NCBI GenBank assembly: GCA_019112875.1
Contig: DXIO01000014.1
Coordinates: 69,301-133,300, forward strand
Length of the DNA: 64,000 nucleotides
From: Candidatus Aquabacterium excrementipullorum
GTDB taxonomy: Bacteria > Pseudomonadota > Gammaproteobacteria > Burkholderiales > Burkholderiaceae_C
Reading direction: 5' to 3'
Shown here: in pieces, positions 54,479 through 64,000 of the stretch
Position numbering within the stretch: position 1 is the stretch's first letter
Layout: the number at the start of each line of letters is the position of its first letter
Translations under genes and position numbers: made by a program
Notes under the pieces: model-generated
What the model saw: only the letters and a program-made list of their open reading frames with translations
Told to the model about the DNA's origin: nothing
Database searches by the model: none

Positions 54479-55321
54479 TTAGAAGCGCAGGCGCAGGTAG
54501 ACGGCCGGGCCGTCGAGTTCCAGCCGCACACGGGCCGTGGCGGCGTCGTCCTTCTGCTTCAGGCGGATGCGGGTGGAGGCGTACTCCGCGCCGATACCGA
54601 CGTTCTTCCAGGGGAACCATTCGGCGCCGATGGCGGCGTTGGTGATGGTGCCCGACAGGTCGCTGCCGTTCTTGCGCACGCCCGACAGGTCGGCGTAGAG
54701 GCGCACCTGCTCGGACACCTTGGCACGCCAGCCCAGGGTCACCAGAGGGGCCCAGCCGGACTCGTCGTAGCGCTGGATGGTGTTGTAGCCGATGGGGCCC
54801 ACGCCCACCGATGCGCGCAGGGTGGCGTCGAGCTTGTAGTACGCCGCGCCCAGGCCCAGGCCGAACACGTTGTTGTTGCTCTGGTCACCGAACCACCAGC
54901 GGTACGAGAAGTTGCCGATGTCCAGCGTGGTGTCGGAGGCCACGCGGCCGGCGGCGGTGTAGTTCACGCCACCGAAGGTGAAGGGCTGCTCGATGCTGCG
55001 GGCGCTGTCGTCGTGGATGCGGAAGTAATCCACCGAGAAGCCCTGGCTGTCCATGATCAGCCAGTCGAGGCGGGCGCGCTCGACGGTCTTCTTGCCCGAC
55101 AGGAACTGTTGGTCCCCCGTGTCGATGTTGTTGGACGGGTCACGCACGGAGGCGAAACCGTCGATGTCGGCGCGGTAGCCGCCCAGCCAGATGCTGACAC
55201 GGTCCAGCGCCGGCGAGGGCTCGGCCCGCGCGACGCGCGGTGCCAGGCTCCACACGGCCGTGGCGGCGATGACAGCGGTGGTGAAGATGAATTTCTGATT
55301 TTTGTTCACGATAGGCCTCAT
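54479..55321 (-). CDS. Predicted outer-membrane beta-barrel protein of unknown family
   Basis: Signal peptide ending ARA, amphipathic beta strands, C-terminal YLRLRF beta-signal; ATG overlaps the ferritin-like stop (ATGA). Confidence 0.8.
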   Translation of the reverse strand: MRPIVNKNQKFIFTTAVIAATAVWSLAPRVARAEPSPALDRVSIWLGGYRADIDGFASVRDPSNNIDTGDQQFLSGKKTVERARLDWLIMDSQGFSVDYFRIHDDSARSIEQPFTFGGVNYTAAGRVASDTTLDIGNFSYRWWFGDQSNNNVFGLGLGAAYYKLDATLRASVGVGPIGYNTIQRYDESGWAPLVTLGWRAKVSEQVRLYADLSGVRKNGSDLSGTITNAAIGAEWFPWKNVGIGAEYASTRIRLKQKDDAATARVRLELDGPAVYLRLRF

Positions 55322-55896
55322 TCGAGCATGTCCTTGAGTTCGTCGGCGTGTTCCTCCTCGACGCTGAGGATGGACTCCAGCATGCGTCGGGTGGTCGGGT
55401 CTTTGTCGCCGATCAGGGCGACCATCTGTCGGTAACTTTCGATGGCCACGCGTTCGGCCACCAGGTTGGCACGCACCATGGCCTTGAGGTCCGTGGAGGT
55501 GTCGTAGTCGGCATGGCTGCGTTCCAGGATGCCGACCGGGTTGAAGTCCGGCTCGCCGCCCAGCTGGATGATGCGTTCGGCGATCTGGTCGGCATGGGCC
55601 GCTTCTTCGTTGGCGTGCACCATGAACTCTTCGGCGATCTTGGGCGAGGCCAGGCCGTGTGCCGTGAAGTGATGGCGCTTGTAGCGCAGCACGCACACCA
55701 GTTCGGTGGCCAGCGCGCCATTGAGCAGGCGCACGATCTCGTCGCGCCAGGGACCGTAGCTGGGCGTCACGGCACCTTCGTCGATGCCTTGGCGGGCCGC
55801 TTCGATGGCGTCCTCATCCAGGGTCAGCGAGTGGATGGCGTCGTTGGCCTGCGGTCGACCGCGCGGTGTGGACGGTTGGGTGGCTGGGTGAGACAT
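55318..55896 (-). CDS. Bacterioferritin-like / ferritin-like protein
   Basis: LATELVCVLRY, EEAAHADQIAERIIQLGGEP, AERVAI, EEEHADEL diiron ligands; AGGAG RBS. Confidence 0.88.
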   Translation of the reverse strand: MSHPATQPSTPRGRPQANDAIHSLTLDEDAIEAARQGIDEGAVTPSYGPWRDEIVRLLNGALATELVCVLRYKRHHFTAHGLASPKIAEEFMVHANEEAAHADQIAERIIQLGGEPDFNPVGILERSHADYDTSTDLKAMVRANLVAERVAIESYRQMVALIGDKDPTTRRMLESILSVEEEHADELKDMLE

Positions 55897-55999
55897 CTCA
55901 CGCTCCTGAAGGGCTGCTTGTCAGTGCCGGCAGGCCGGCGAAGTGCGGGATGGCGCGTCCGTGGGGACGGAAGGGTCGCGCCACCCCGCCGCTCATGTG

Positions 56000-56197
56000 T
56001 CAGTGGGTGGAGGTCCAGCTGTCCACTTGACGCTCGGCCTCATCCTTGGCGATGCCATAGCGTTCCTGGATGCGGCCGACCAGTTGCTCACGGCGGCCTT
56101 CGATCTTGTCGAAGTCGTCGTCGGTCAGCTCGCCCCACTGCTCCTGCACCTTGCCCTTGAGTTGCTTCCAATTGCCTTGCACGCGATCCCAGTTCAT
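56000..56197 (-). CDS. csbD: CsbD-family general stress protein
   Basis: MNWDRVQGNWKQLKGKVQEQWGELTDDD...GRIQERYG. Confidence 0.92.
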   Translation of the reverse strand: MNWDRVQGNWKQLKGKVQEQWGELTDDDFDKIEGRREQLVGRIQERYGIAKDEAERQVDSWTSTH

Positions 56198-56314
56198 GGC
56201 CTTGTCCTTTCGGTGGTGATTCGAGGGAAATTGCCCGCTGTGTGTCAGTTCGGGCAGTCGAATGCACTGTAGGAACGCGCCGTCGGGCCGTCTGTAGTCA
56301 AGTGATGAAGCTGG

Positions 56315-56360
56315 CGTCAGCAAGCGCTGACGTCTCGTTACGCGTCAGATGCGGCTGACA
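56315..56360. promoter_or_regulatory. Tandem palindromic boxes (28-bp period) between the divergent csbD and hypothetical genes
   Basis: CGTCAG-CAAGCG-CTGACG 56315 and CGTCAG-ATGCGG-CTGACA 56343; -10-like TACAGT (minus, 56266-56271) 44 nt from 56315. Confidence 0.78.
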
Positions 56361-56462
56361 CAGCTTTCGGCGCCCGCCGCCTGCGCAAACCCGGCGGATT
56401 GCGGGAGCATTCGGTCCATGCCCTGAACCCGATCGCCGCCACCTGTTGTGAAGGACACCACC

Positions 56463-56792
56463 ATGAGCGTTGCACCCACCTGGAGCCTGAAGACGGCCGC
56501 CAAGCACGACGATGATGCATCGCTCATGCCCTACCTGTTCTACACGCTGTTGCTGGCCTTGTGGATCACGCTGCTGGCGGTGTTCTACGGCGTGATGTCG
56601 GACACCGTGAACCGCGCCGAGAAGCACCAGCGCGATTCGGCCGACCGTGCACTGGCCTTCAGCCGCTGCGACTGGAAGATCAGCAGCGAAGCGCGCAGCC
56701 AGTGCCGTGCCGAACTGGCCGGCCCGCAGCAGTCGGAACTGCCCAGCCTGTCGTCGGACATCGAGCCTTCGCTGAACCTGGCCTACCGCTGA
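56463..56792 (+). CDS. Hypothetical single-pass membrane protein with a Cys pair
   Basis: TM YLFYTLLLALWITLLAVFYGVM; CDWKISSEARSQC; AAGGA RBS. Confidence 0.65.
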   Translation: MSVAPTWSLKTAAKHDDDASLMPYLFYTLLLALWITLLAVFYGVMSDTVNRAEKHQRDSADRALAFSRCDWKISSEARSQCRAELAGPQQSELPSLSSDIEPSLNLAYR

Positions 56793-56819
56793 GCGGCGGC
56801 CGGCCGTTTCAGTGCGCGT

Positions 56820-57632
56820 TCAGGGCAGTTCGACCGCGCGCAGGCGGGCGGCGATCATGCCGGAGCGGCGCATCAGGTAATCGGAGCCCGGTTTCTGCTC
56901 GAAGCGCTTGGGCGCCGGCAGCATCACCGCCAGACGCGCGGCCTGCATCGGGCTCAGTTGCGAAGCAGGGATGTGGAAGTAGTGCCGTGAGGCCGCTTCG
57001 ATGCCGAATACGCCTTCGCCCCATTCCACGTTGTTCAGGTAGATGGTCAGGATGCGCTCCTTGCCCAGCAGGCCTTCGAGCATGAAGGTGAGCGCGAACT
57101 CCTGGCCCTTGCGCAGGAAGCTGCGCTCGCTGGACAGGAACAGGTTCTTGGCCAGTTGCTGCGTGATGGTCGAGCCTCCGATCACCTTGGGCGTGGCGTT
57201 CAGTGCCGACGGCATCTCGGGCGCCGGGCGCCCGCGCGCCTGGGCGCGGCTGGCGGCACGCTGGTAGCGCTCCAATGCCTTCTGCTTCTGGTTGTCCAGC
57301 CGCTGCTGCGCCTTGCTGTTCTTCTGCCAGGCCTTCTCCAGCGCATCCCATTCCACACCGTTGTGATCGACGAAGCCGGCATCTTCCGAGGCGATCACGG
57401 CACGCTTGATGGACGGGCTGATCTGCGTGGAGGGCGCCCACGATTGCGACCACAGCAACCGGCCTTGCGTGCGCACGATGCGCGCCATCTCGCTGCGCTG
57501 GAAGCTGGTGGATTGCGGATCGACCACGATCATCAAAGCGATGCGCAGCGCGAAGAACAGCTGCAGGCACACGCCCGACAGCACCACCAGGGCCAGGACG
57601 CGCCAGGCTTGCTTGCCGAAGCCGCTTTTCAC
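56820..57632 (-). CDS. mtgA: Monofunctional peptidoglycan transglycosylase
   Basis: [46 protein letters not shown]. Confidence 0.93.
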   Translation of the reverse strand: MKSGFGKQAWRVLALVVLSGVCLQLFFALRIALMIVVDPQSTSFQRSEMARIVRTQGRLLWSQSWAPSTQISPSIKRAVIASEDAGFVDHNGVEWDALEKAWQKNSKAQQRLDNQKQKALERYQRAASRAQARGRPAPEMPSALNATPKVIGGSTITQQLAKNLFLSSERSFLRKGQEFALTFMLEGLLGKERILTIYLNNVEWGEGVFGIEAASRHYFHIPASQLSPMQAARLAVMLPAPKRFEQKPGSDYLMRRSGMIAARLRAVELP

Positions 57633-58528
57633 CGGGGGGCCTCGGGCGTGGTGCCATCGACCTCGGTGCGCAGCAGGGCCAGTACCGGTGCGGTATCAGG
57701 GCGCACGCCGCGCCACAGGGTGAAGCTCTCGGCCGCCTGCTCGACCAGCATGCCCAATCCATCGCGGGCGGTGGCGCCTTGCGCGCGGGCCCAATCCAGG
57801 AAGGGGCGGGCGGCCGGGCCGTACATCATGTCCAGGGCCAGCGCGTGCGGCTTGAGGGCCTGCGCGCCCACGGGGACCTCGCCACCCCCCAGGCTGGCGG
57901 CCGTGCCGTTGATCAGCACGTCGAAGGCTTCCCCCACGTCGGCCAGGGCACGCGCATGCAGCGTGACGCCATGCTGCGCAGCCCATGCCTGGTGGCGCTC
58001 GACCAGCGCCCGGGCCTTGTCCAGCGTGCGGTTGGCCAGCACCAGCTCCGATGGGCGCTGCTCGATCAGCGGGCCGAGCACGCCGGCGCTGGCGCCACCG
58101 GCGCCCAGCAGCAGCACGCGGCGGCCTTGAATCGGCACACCGGCGTTGACCGTGATGTCGCGCACCAGGCCGACGCCATCGGTGTTGTCGGCCAGCCACC
58201 CGCCCTCGGCCTGGGCATCGAAGCGCAGGGTGTTGGCGGCCTGGGCCAGCACGGCGCGGGGCGTGTGGCGCGCCGCCATCTCGAAGGCCTCGAACTTGAA
58301 GGGCACGGTGATGTTGCAACCGCGCGCGCCCTGCTGCACGAACCCGGTCAGCGTGGCCTTGAAGGCGTCCAGCGGGCACAGCAGGCGGCCGTAGTCGACG
58401 GCCTGGCCGGTCTGCGCTGCGAACAGCGCGTGGATGCGGGGCGAGCGGCTGTGGGCCACGGGGTTGCCGGCCACGGCGTAGCGGTCCGCGCCGATGGCGC
58501 CGGACAGGGTGTCAGGGATGGAGTTCAT
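57629..58528 (-). CDS. aroE: Shikimate dehydrogenase
   Basis: [57 protein letters not shown]. Confidence 0.95.
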   Translation of the reverse strand: MNSIPDTLSGAIGADRYAVAGNPVAHSRSPRIHALFAAQTGQAVDYGRLLCPLDAFKATLTGFVQQGARGCNITVPFKFEAFEMAARHTPRAVLAQAANTLRFDAQAEGGWLADNTDGVGLVRDITVNAGVPIQGRRVLLLGAGGASAGVLGPLIEQRPSELVLANRTLDKARALVERHQAWAAQHGVTLHARALADVGEAFDVLINGTAASLGGGEVPVGAQALKPHALALDMMYGPAARPFLDWARAQGATARDGLGMLVEQAAESFTLWRGVRPDTAPVLALLRTEVDGTTPEAPR

Positions 58529-59418
58529 GGCCCGGTGGCAGGTGGGGGGAGTCCGGTCGTGACGGTTTCCAGGGCGGCATCGCGCGTGAACTTGAAACGC
58601 GAGGAGATGAGCAGCTGCTGGTGCCCCGCCATCACCTCCTGGGGCACGACCCCGAAGGAGCCCAGCTTCTTGACGATGCTGATGGCGCGCTTGTCCAGTC
58701 GGCTGTCGCCGGAACTCTGCGTGACCGTGGCGTCGAGGATGCGGCCAGTCTCGTCGATGGCGACCTCCATCACGAGTTCGCCATACAGCTTGCGCCCGTT
58801 GATGGTGGGGAAGTTGGTGGTGCCCGCCCGCTCGACCACCGTCCGGAAATTGCTGTAGTACAGCGCGTCCGCGACTTTCAGGGTGGACGGGCTGATGTAG
58901 CGCTTCTTGGGCCGGGCGTTCTCGGTGACGATGCGTTTTTCGATCTGGCTGAACTGGTCGAGATCCTGGCGCCGGGTTTCACGCTCGGAGCGATGCTCGT
59001 TGCTTCTGTCAGGCGCTTGAGGCTGTGGCACGGGCAAGGCCGACATGGTGCCCTTGAGCTCGGCCAGCAGGCGCCGCTGCTCGGCTTCCATGTCCTCGAT
59101 CATCCGGCGTGTCGCGTCCAGCGAATCGCCCAGCTCGCTCTGCGGCGAGGGCGGCAGCGGCGAGGTGGCCCGGCCCTTGTCGGCATCGCCGCCACCGGCC
59201 AGGTTGGCCTGGGCCAGTGCCTGGGCCTTGTCGGGCTTCTGCTCGCTGGCGGCGTTCACCAGGATCACCTCCAGCGGCGTGTCCTTGAAGGCGCGGTTGA
59301 AACCTTCCGGGTCCACGAAGCGCACCGTCAGCAGGCCGGCGTGCAGGGCGACCGACACGGCGAGTGTCTTTTGCAGCAGGCTGAACTGGCCGAAGGCAGA
59401 CAGAAGCTTGTTGGGCAT
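58525..59418 (-). CDS. TonB-family protein
   Basis: N-terminal TM with SVALH, LEVILVN, C-terminal TonB_C-like domain ([12 protein letters not shown]); sits in rnb-tonB-aroE-mtgA order. Confidence 0.8.
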   Translation of the reverse strand: MPNKLLSAFGQFSLLQKTLAVSVALHAGLLTVRFVDPEGFNRAFKDTPLEVILVNAASEQKPDKAQALAQANLAGGGDADKGRATSPLPPSPQSELGDSLDATRRMIEDMEAEQRRLLAELKGTMSALPVPQPQAPDRSNEHRSERETRRQDLDQFSQIEKRIVTENARPKKRYISPSTLKVADALYYSNFRTVVERAGTTNFPTINGRKLYGELVMEVAIDETGRILDATVTQSSGDSRLDKRAISIVKKLGSFGVVPQEVMAGHQQLLISSRFKFTRDAALETVTTGLPPPATGP

Positions 59419-59454
59419 GGTGTCCGGAAAAGGTGTGCCGGGCGTTATGGGGGA

Positions 59455-61524
59455 TCAGGCCGATGGCGCGGGCGCATCACCGGCGGGTGCGTCGGCATCC
59501 GTCACGTCGATGGCCAGGGTCAGCGGTCCTGCATTGTCCAGCACCTCGTCCTCGCCTTCGCCTTCGGGATCACCCTGGGCCGGGGCGGCGGCATCGTCCA
59601 GTCGGGCCAGCAGGCTGGCGTGCACATCGAGCGTGAGCTCGTCGATGCCGGTGACGCGCACGCGCACCTTGGCGTGGCGTGGCAGGCCTTCGCAGCCCAG
59701 GGCCTTGAAGACCAGGGGCAGGGCATCGGCGCGCACCAGGCCGTTCATCATCACGGCGCAGTCGAGCTCGGTGATGGCGTTCTGCTGCAGGTACTTGAGC
59801 GTCCAGTAGCGTTCCAGGCTGGACTGGAAGCCGTTGTAGGCGCTGTAGGCCGCATCGAAGTTGGAGATGATGGCGAAGAGTTCGGCGTCCTTCGGCTTGA
59901 AGGGCGCAGCCAGCGCGGCAGTGCGGCCGTGCCTGGCCACGGCCACGATCTGCCACTGGTTGACCAGGTCCACATAGCGGCGCAGTGGCGAGGTGGCCCA
60001 GGTGTACTGCGCCACGCCCATGCCGGCGTGCGGCAGGGCCTTGGTGCCCATGCGCACCTTGATGCCGGGCTGCAGGCTGGCCTGGCTGCGGTAGATGCCG
60101 GGCACGCCGTGCTCGTGCAGCCAGCCGCCCCATGTGCTGTTGGCCAGGATCATGGCCTCGGCCACGATCAGGTCCAGTGGTGAACCGCGCTTGCGTGTGC
60201 CGATCACCACGTGCTCGCGGCCGGTGGGCTCCAGGCGGTCTTCCGTGGTGTTCTCGCTGCCGTCGGGTTCGACCAGCTTGAAGGTGTAATCCGGGCGGTT
60301 GAAGGTCTCTGGCTTGCCGCGCACCACCTCGCGCTGGGCCTTCAAGTGTTTGGCCAGGCGGAAGGCAAAGGCCAGCTCGGGCGCGAAACGGTAGTCGGCC
60401 GGGGCCTCGCCGGTCAGGGTGGCCTCGGTGATGGTCTCGTCGAGCTGGTCGTGGCGCAGGTTGGCGGCGATGGGCACGCGCTCCAGTTTGGTCTCGCTGC
60501 CCTTGCGCTCCAGCGTGGCTTCGTCGTACGTGACGTACAGCGACACGGCGGGGCAGTCGCGCCCTTCCTGCAGGGTGTAGGTCTGCACGACCTCGTCGGG
60601 CAGCATCGTGATCTTGTGGCCCGGCATGTACACGGTGGACAGCCGGCCGCGTGCCACGCCGTCGACCGGCGTGCCGGGCGCGATGGCCAGGCTGGGCGCG
60701 GCGATGTGGATGCCGTAGGTGACGGTGCCGGTGCCCAGGCCCTGCACGGACAGGGCGTCGTCGATCTCGGTGGTGTTGGAGTCGTCGATGGAGAAGGCTT
60801 GCACGGGCGCCAGGGGCAGCTCGTCCTTGATCGGGGGGGCTTCGAGCGCCGGGAAGCCCGTGCCCTTGGGGAAGTGCTCGAACAGGAAGCGCTTCCAGTG
60901 GAACTGGTAGGGGCTGTCGATGGCGCCGGCGTCTTTCAGCAAGTCGAGCGGGGCGCGTTGCGTGGCCTTGGCGGCGTCGACCACGGCCTTGTACTCGGGG
61001 CCGTTCTTGTCGGGCTTGAACAGGATCTTGTAGAGCTGATCCTTGATGGCGGGTGGGCAGGTGCCCTCGCCCAGCTCGCGGGCCCACTGTTCGATCTGCA
61101 AGGCCTGCTGCTTCTTGCGCTCGATGGCGACCAGTGCCTGCTTGAGGATGTCCTCAGGCGCCTTGCGGAAGCGGCCCTTGCCCCGGCGGTGGAAGTAATG
61201 CGGGGTGTCGAACAGGCGCATCAGCATGGCGGCCTGCTGCACGGGCGTGGCGGTGTCGCCGAAGTACTCGCTGGCCAGCTCGTCGAAGGCGAAGTCCTCC
61301 TCGGGGGCCACCTCCCAGATCAGGTCCAGGTCGATCTCGGTCGCCAGGGCAGGCGCCTGCCCCAGCACCTCGGCGGGCGAGGGCTTGGCGAACTTGATCA
61401 GCACGTTGGCGGTTTTCACCTTGACGCGCTTGCCCGAATCCAGTTCGATCTGCATCGAACTGTCGGCTTCGGACATCACGCGGCCGGCGAGGAACTTGCC
61501 AGCGTCATCGAATAGGGCAAACAT
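59455..61524 (-). CDS. RNase II/RNB-domain ribonuclease
   Basis: FSIDDSNTTEIDDALS catalytic motif, HIAAP, STVYMPG, TSPLRRYVDL. Confidence 0.9.
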   Translation of the reverse strand: MFALFDDAGKFLAGRVMSEADSSMQIELDSGKRVKVKTANVLIKFAKPSPAEVLGQAPALATEIDLDLIWEVAPEEDFAFDELASEYFGDTATPVQQAAMLMRLFDTPHYFHRRGKGRFRKAPEDILKQALVAIERKKQQALQIEQWARELGEGTCPPAIKDQLYKILFKPDKNGPEYKAVVDAAKATQRAPLDLLKDAGAIDSPYQFHWKRFLFEHFPKGTGFPALEAPPIKDELPLAPVQAFSIDDSNTTEIDDALSVQGLGTGTVTYGIHIAAPSLAIAPGTPVDGVARGRLSTVYMPGHKITMLPDEVVQTYTLQEGRDCPAVSLYVTYDEATLERKGSETKLERVPIAANLRHDQLDETITEATLTGEAPADYRFAPELAFAFRLAKHLKAQREVVRGKPETFNRPDYTFKLVEPDGSENTTEDRLEPTGREHVVIGTRKRGSPLDLIVAEAMILANSTWGGWLHEHGVPGIYRSQASLQPGIKVRMGTKALPHAGMGVAQYTWATSPLRRYVDLVNQWQIVAVARHGRTAALAAPFKPKDAELFAIISNFDAAYSAYNGFQSSLERYWTLKYLQQNAITELDCAVMMNGLVRADALPLVFKALGCEGLPRHAKVRVRVTGIDELTLDVHASLLARLDDAAAPAQGDPEGEGEDEVLDNAGPLTLAIDVTDADAPAGDAPAPSA

Positions 61525-61649
61525 CAAACTGGGAGCTTGTTCTGGTCAGAACGTGATTGTCCCATTTTGGTGAGGCCCTGAGTCGCGGGCCGGGGTGGAA
61601 GTGGCTGAGGGTCGTTTGACGCGGCCCGTGGCGCCGGTGCGGACCCGAG

Positions 61650-61672
61650 AAAAGCGCCTGGCCAGGGGGCGC
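61650..61672 (-). terminator. Possible terminator of the large PEP-CTERM gene
   Basis: Minus strand GCGCC-CCCTGGCCA-GGCGC-TTTT. Confidence 0.45.
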
Positions 61673-61686
61673 CTCCCGGGGGGGCT

Positions 61687-64000
61687 TCAGGCGGGCTGCG
61701 CCTCGGCCTCCCGGCGGCGCCACGCCGAGGTGGCGCCCACCACGGCGATGCCGGCCAGCAGCAGCGCCCAGCTTTCTGGCTCGGGCACGGCCGCTGTCAG
61801 CGTGACGGACACGCTGTGGTCGGTGTAGGTGGTCGTCACGTCCCAGCCCGTGGCATGGATCTGGTCGAAGGCCCCGGACACCAGGCCGCCCGCGGTCAGG
61901 AACGTGAAGGTGGTGCCGTCCGCCGGGGTGAAGCCCACATCCAGGTACAGGTCGCCGGCCAGGGAGGCATTGCCGGTGATGGCCAGCCAGTCGAAGCTCA
62001 CGCCCTGTTGTTCGCCGTTGAGCTCGATGGTGAGGCCGCCGCCGCTGCCCTGGGCATAGTCGCCGGAGATGGTCAGCGTGCCGGGCGAGGCGCCGGGGGC
62101 GAGCAGCCCGCCGGTGTTGCTCACGTTGCCGATGACGAGGCCGGTGCCCGACAGGCGCCCGGTCTGCAACTGGATGTTGGGCGCGATCAAGGTGCCATTG
62201 ACGACGGTGCTGGCCGCCGTGGCGTCCTGTGCATAGGAGGCGTAGTTCACCGCCAGGGTGCTGGCGCCATCCACCTGGACCAGCCCGCGGTTGGTGAACA
62301 CCGTGGCGTTGTAGACCTGCAGCTGCCCGCCGTTGGCCTGCAGGGTGCCTTCGTTGATCAAAGAGGCGGATTGACCGTAGTAGCCGCCCAGGTAGCCGTA
62401 GCCCTTGACGGTCTGGCCGTGGCCGATGGTCAGGGTGCTGCTGGCGGTGCCGTCGATGTAGCCCCCGTTGAGATTGACCCGGCCGTTGCCGCCCAGGGTG
62501 GTGTTGCCGTCGAAGGCCAGCACGTTGCCTCCGCCGACATTGAGCGTGCCCTGGTTGTCGATGGTGCCGGCCACGGTGAGGCCACCGACGTTGAGCTGGT
62601 TCCTGAGCGTGAGGTTCTTGTAGGTGCCGCCCGAGAGCGTGGCCAGGCCGAGGCCCGTGGTGCCTTGCACCGTGCCGCCGGTGATGGCGCCGTTGGCGGC
62701 ATGCAACGTGGCGCCTTCATCGACCTGGATCACGCCCGCGCTGTTGTCCAGCGAGGATGCGTAGGCGTAGAGCGTGCCGCCAGAGGCCTGGATGAGGCCC
62801 TTGTTGATGATGGCGGGGTAGGTGTTGTAGTAGCCGCCACCCAGGTAACCATAGCCCTTGATGGTCTGGCTGGTGTCGATGGTCAGGGTGTTGCCACTGC
62901 CGTTGCTGTCGATGTAGCCATTGGCCAGGTTGATCTGGCCAGCCCCTGCCACGGTGACATCGCCTTCGATGATCAGGGCTTGCCCACTGCCGACATTGAG
63001 CCCGCCCTTGTTGGTGAGCGTGCCCACGATGGTGGCCACGCCTGACAAGGTGTTGTCGTCCTGCAGGGTGACGTTGCTGAAGCGCGTGCCCGACAAGGTC
63101 GTGCCGCCCTTGATCGTCAGGTCGGCGAAGGTGCCGCTGCCGGAGATGGCGGTGTTGCCCAGGCTTTCGATGATGCCGCCGGTGATGGTGCCGTTGGACG
63201 CGTAGAAGGTTGCACCATCGGCGATCTGGATCAGGCCGGTGCTGTTGTTGAGCGACGCGCCGTAGAAGTACAGGGTGCCGCCATCGGCCTGGATGAGCCC
63301 CTGGTTGATGAAGGCCGGGTACTGGTTGTAGTAGCCCCCTCCGAGGTAGCCGTGGCCCTTGAGCGTCTGGCCGCTGCCGATCGTCAGTGTGGCGCTGCCT
63401 TCGGTGCTGTCGATGTAGCCGTTGGCCAGGTTGATCTGGCCTTGGCCACCCACGGTGGTGTTGCCGGTGAATGCCAGCACGGTGCCATTGTTGACGGTGA
63501 GTGTGCCCTGGTTGGTGATGGTGCCGGCGATGGTGAGACCGTAGGCGCTGATCTGATCCTTGAGCGTGAGGTTCTTGTAGCTGCCGCCCGAGAGGGTGGC
63601 CACCCCGTTGCCGGAGGTGCCTTGCACCGTGCCGCCCGACACCGTGCCGTTCGAGGCATACAAGGCGGCGCCATCGTCGACCTTGATCAGGCCCGCGCTG
63701 TTGTCCAGTCCGGCGCCGTAGAAGTACAGCGTGCCGCCGGAGGCCTGGATGAGCCCCTTGTTGGCGATGGAGACGTAGTTGTTGTAGTAGCCGCCCCCGA
63801 GATAGCCATAGCCCGTGATGGCCTGTGCGGCATCGATGGTCAGCGTGTTGCCGCTGCCATTGCTGTCGATGTAGCCGTTGGCCAGGCTGATCTGGCCGGC
63901 GCCCGCCAGGGTGACGTCGCCTTCGACGATCAGGGCCTGGCCGCTGCCGACGGTGAGCGTGCCCTTGTTGGTGAGTGTGCCGGCGATGATGGCTGTCCCG
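61687..64000 (-). CDS. Large repetitive PEP-CTERM surface protein, 5' truncated by the window edge (at least 770 aa)
   Basis: Frame stays open from 63663 to the window end (no stop; simply no start codon there); Gly/Thr/Asn-rich beta-helix-like repeats, APGASPG motif, C-terminal AVPEPESWALLLAGIAVVGATSAWRRR. Confidence 0.9.
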   Translation of the reverse strand, partial: GTAIIAGTLTNKGTLTVGSGQALIVEGDVTLAGAGQISLANGYIDSNGSGNTLTIDAAQAITGYGYLGGGYYNNYVSIANKGLIQASGGTLYFYGAGLDNSAGLIKVDDGAALYASNGTVSGGTVQGTSGNGVATLSGGSYKNLTLKDQISAYGLTIAGTITNQGTLTVNNGTVLAFTGNTTVGGQGQINLANGYIDSTEGSATLTIGSGQTLKGHGYLGGGYYNQYPAFINQGLIQADGGTLYFYGASLNNSTGLIQIADGATFYASNGTITGGIIESLGNTAISGSGTFADLTIKGGTTLSGTRFSNVTLQDDNTLSGVATIVGTLTNKGGLNVGSGQALIIEGDVTVAGAGQINLANGYIDSNGSGNTLTIDTSQTIKGYGYLGGGYYNTYPAIINKGLIQASGGTLYAYASSLDNSAGVIQVDEGATLHAANGAITGGTVQGTTGLGLATLSGGTYKNLTLRNQLNVGGLTVAGTIDNQGTLNVGGGNVLAFDGNTTLGGNGRVNLNGGYIDGTASSTLTIGHGQTVKGYGYLGGYYGQSASLINEGTLQANGGQLQVYNATVFTNRGLVQVDGASTLAVNYASYAQDATAASTVVNGTLIAPNIQLQTGRLSGTGLVIGNVSNTGGLLAPGASPGTLTISGDYAQGSGGGLTIELNGEQQGVSFDWLAITGNASLAGDLYLDVGFTPADGTTFTFLTAGGLVSGAFDQIHATGWDVTTTYTDHSVSVTLTAAVPEPESWALLLAGIAVVGATSAWRRREAEAQPA
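62380..63999 (-). repeat. Alternating A/B internal repeats (152 and 167 aa; 957-nt higher-order period)
   Basis: GYYN anchors (gttgtagtag) at 63781, 63325 and 62824 (spacings 456 and 501 nt); gcccttgttggtgag at 63961 and 63004. Confidence 0.85.

Overview
GC-rich betaproteobacterial chromosome segment (Burkholderiales; Rubrivivax/Aquabacterium-like by inference). 1-14.3 kb: dcw operon murE-murF-mraY-murD-ftsW-murG-murC-ddl-ftsQ-ftsA-ftsZ, ending without lpxC; MurD carries a 126-aa acidic insertion. 14.5-29.7 kb: NarL-type regulator plus hybrid kinase, cca, a small PEP-CTERM gene with a sigma-54 promoter, lptD-surA-rsmA, amgK, a DEAD-box helicase and a divergent AraC/alkB pair. 29.7-56.8 kb: a ~27-kb cluster of general-stress and envelope genes (PA2169 family, cardiolipin synthase, BON, CsbD, DUF1328, DUF3309, YihY, GSP26, AsmA, ferritin-like, MCE transporter) around a receptor-less HK-cheR-cheB-HK phosphorelay. 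56.8-64 kb: rnb-tonB-aroE-mtgA and the 3' part of a giant repetitive PEP-CTERM gene. Main discovery: an 18-bp palindrome, consensus TGT(C/A)(A/G)G-N6-C(T/C)(G/T)ACA, occurs at 12 strict-core sites, all upstream of genes of the stress cluster. In 10 promoters a -10-like hexamer starts 44-45 nt from its edge. The signalling operon itself carries the box, but no DNA-binding regulator is encoded in the cluster. This looks like a self-reinforcing general-stress regulon with a GacA-box-like operator. All motif work was done by eye; no tRNA, rRNA, CRISPR or mobile element was seen.
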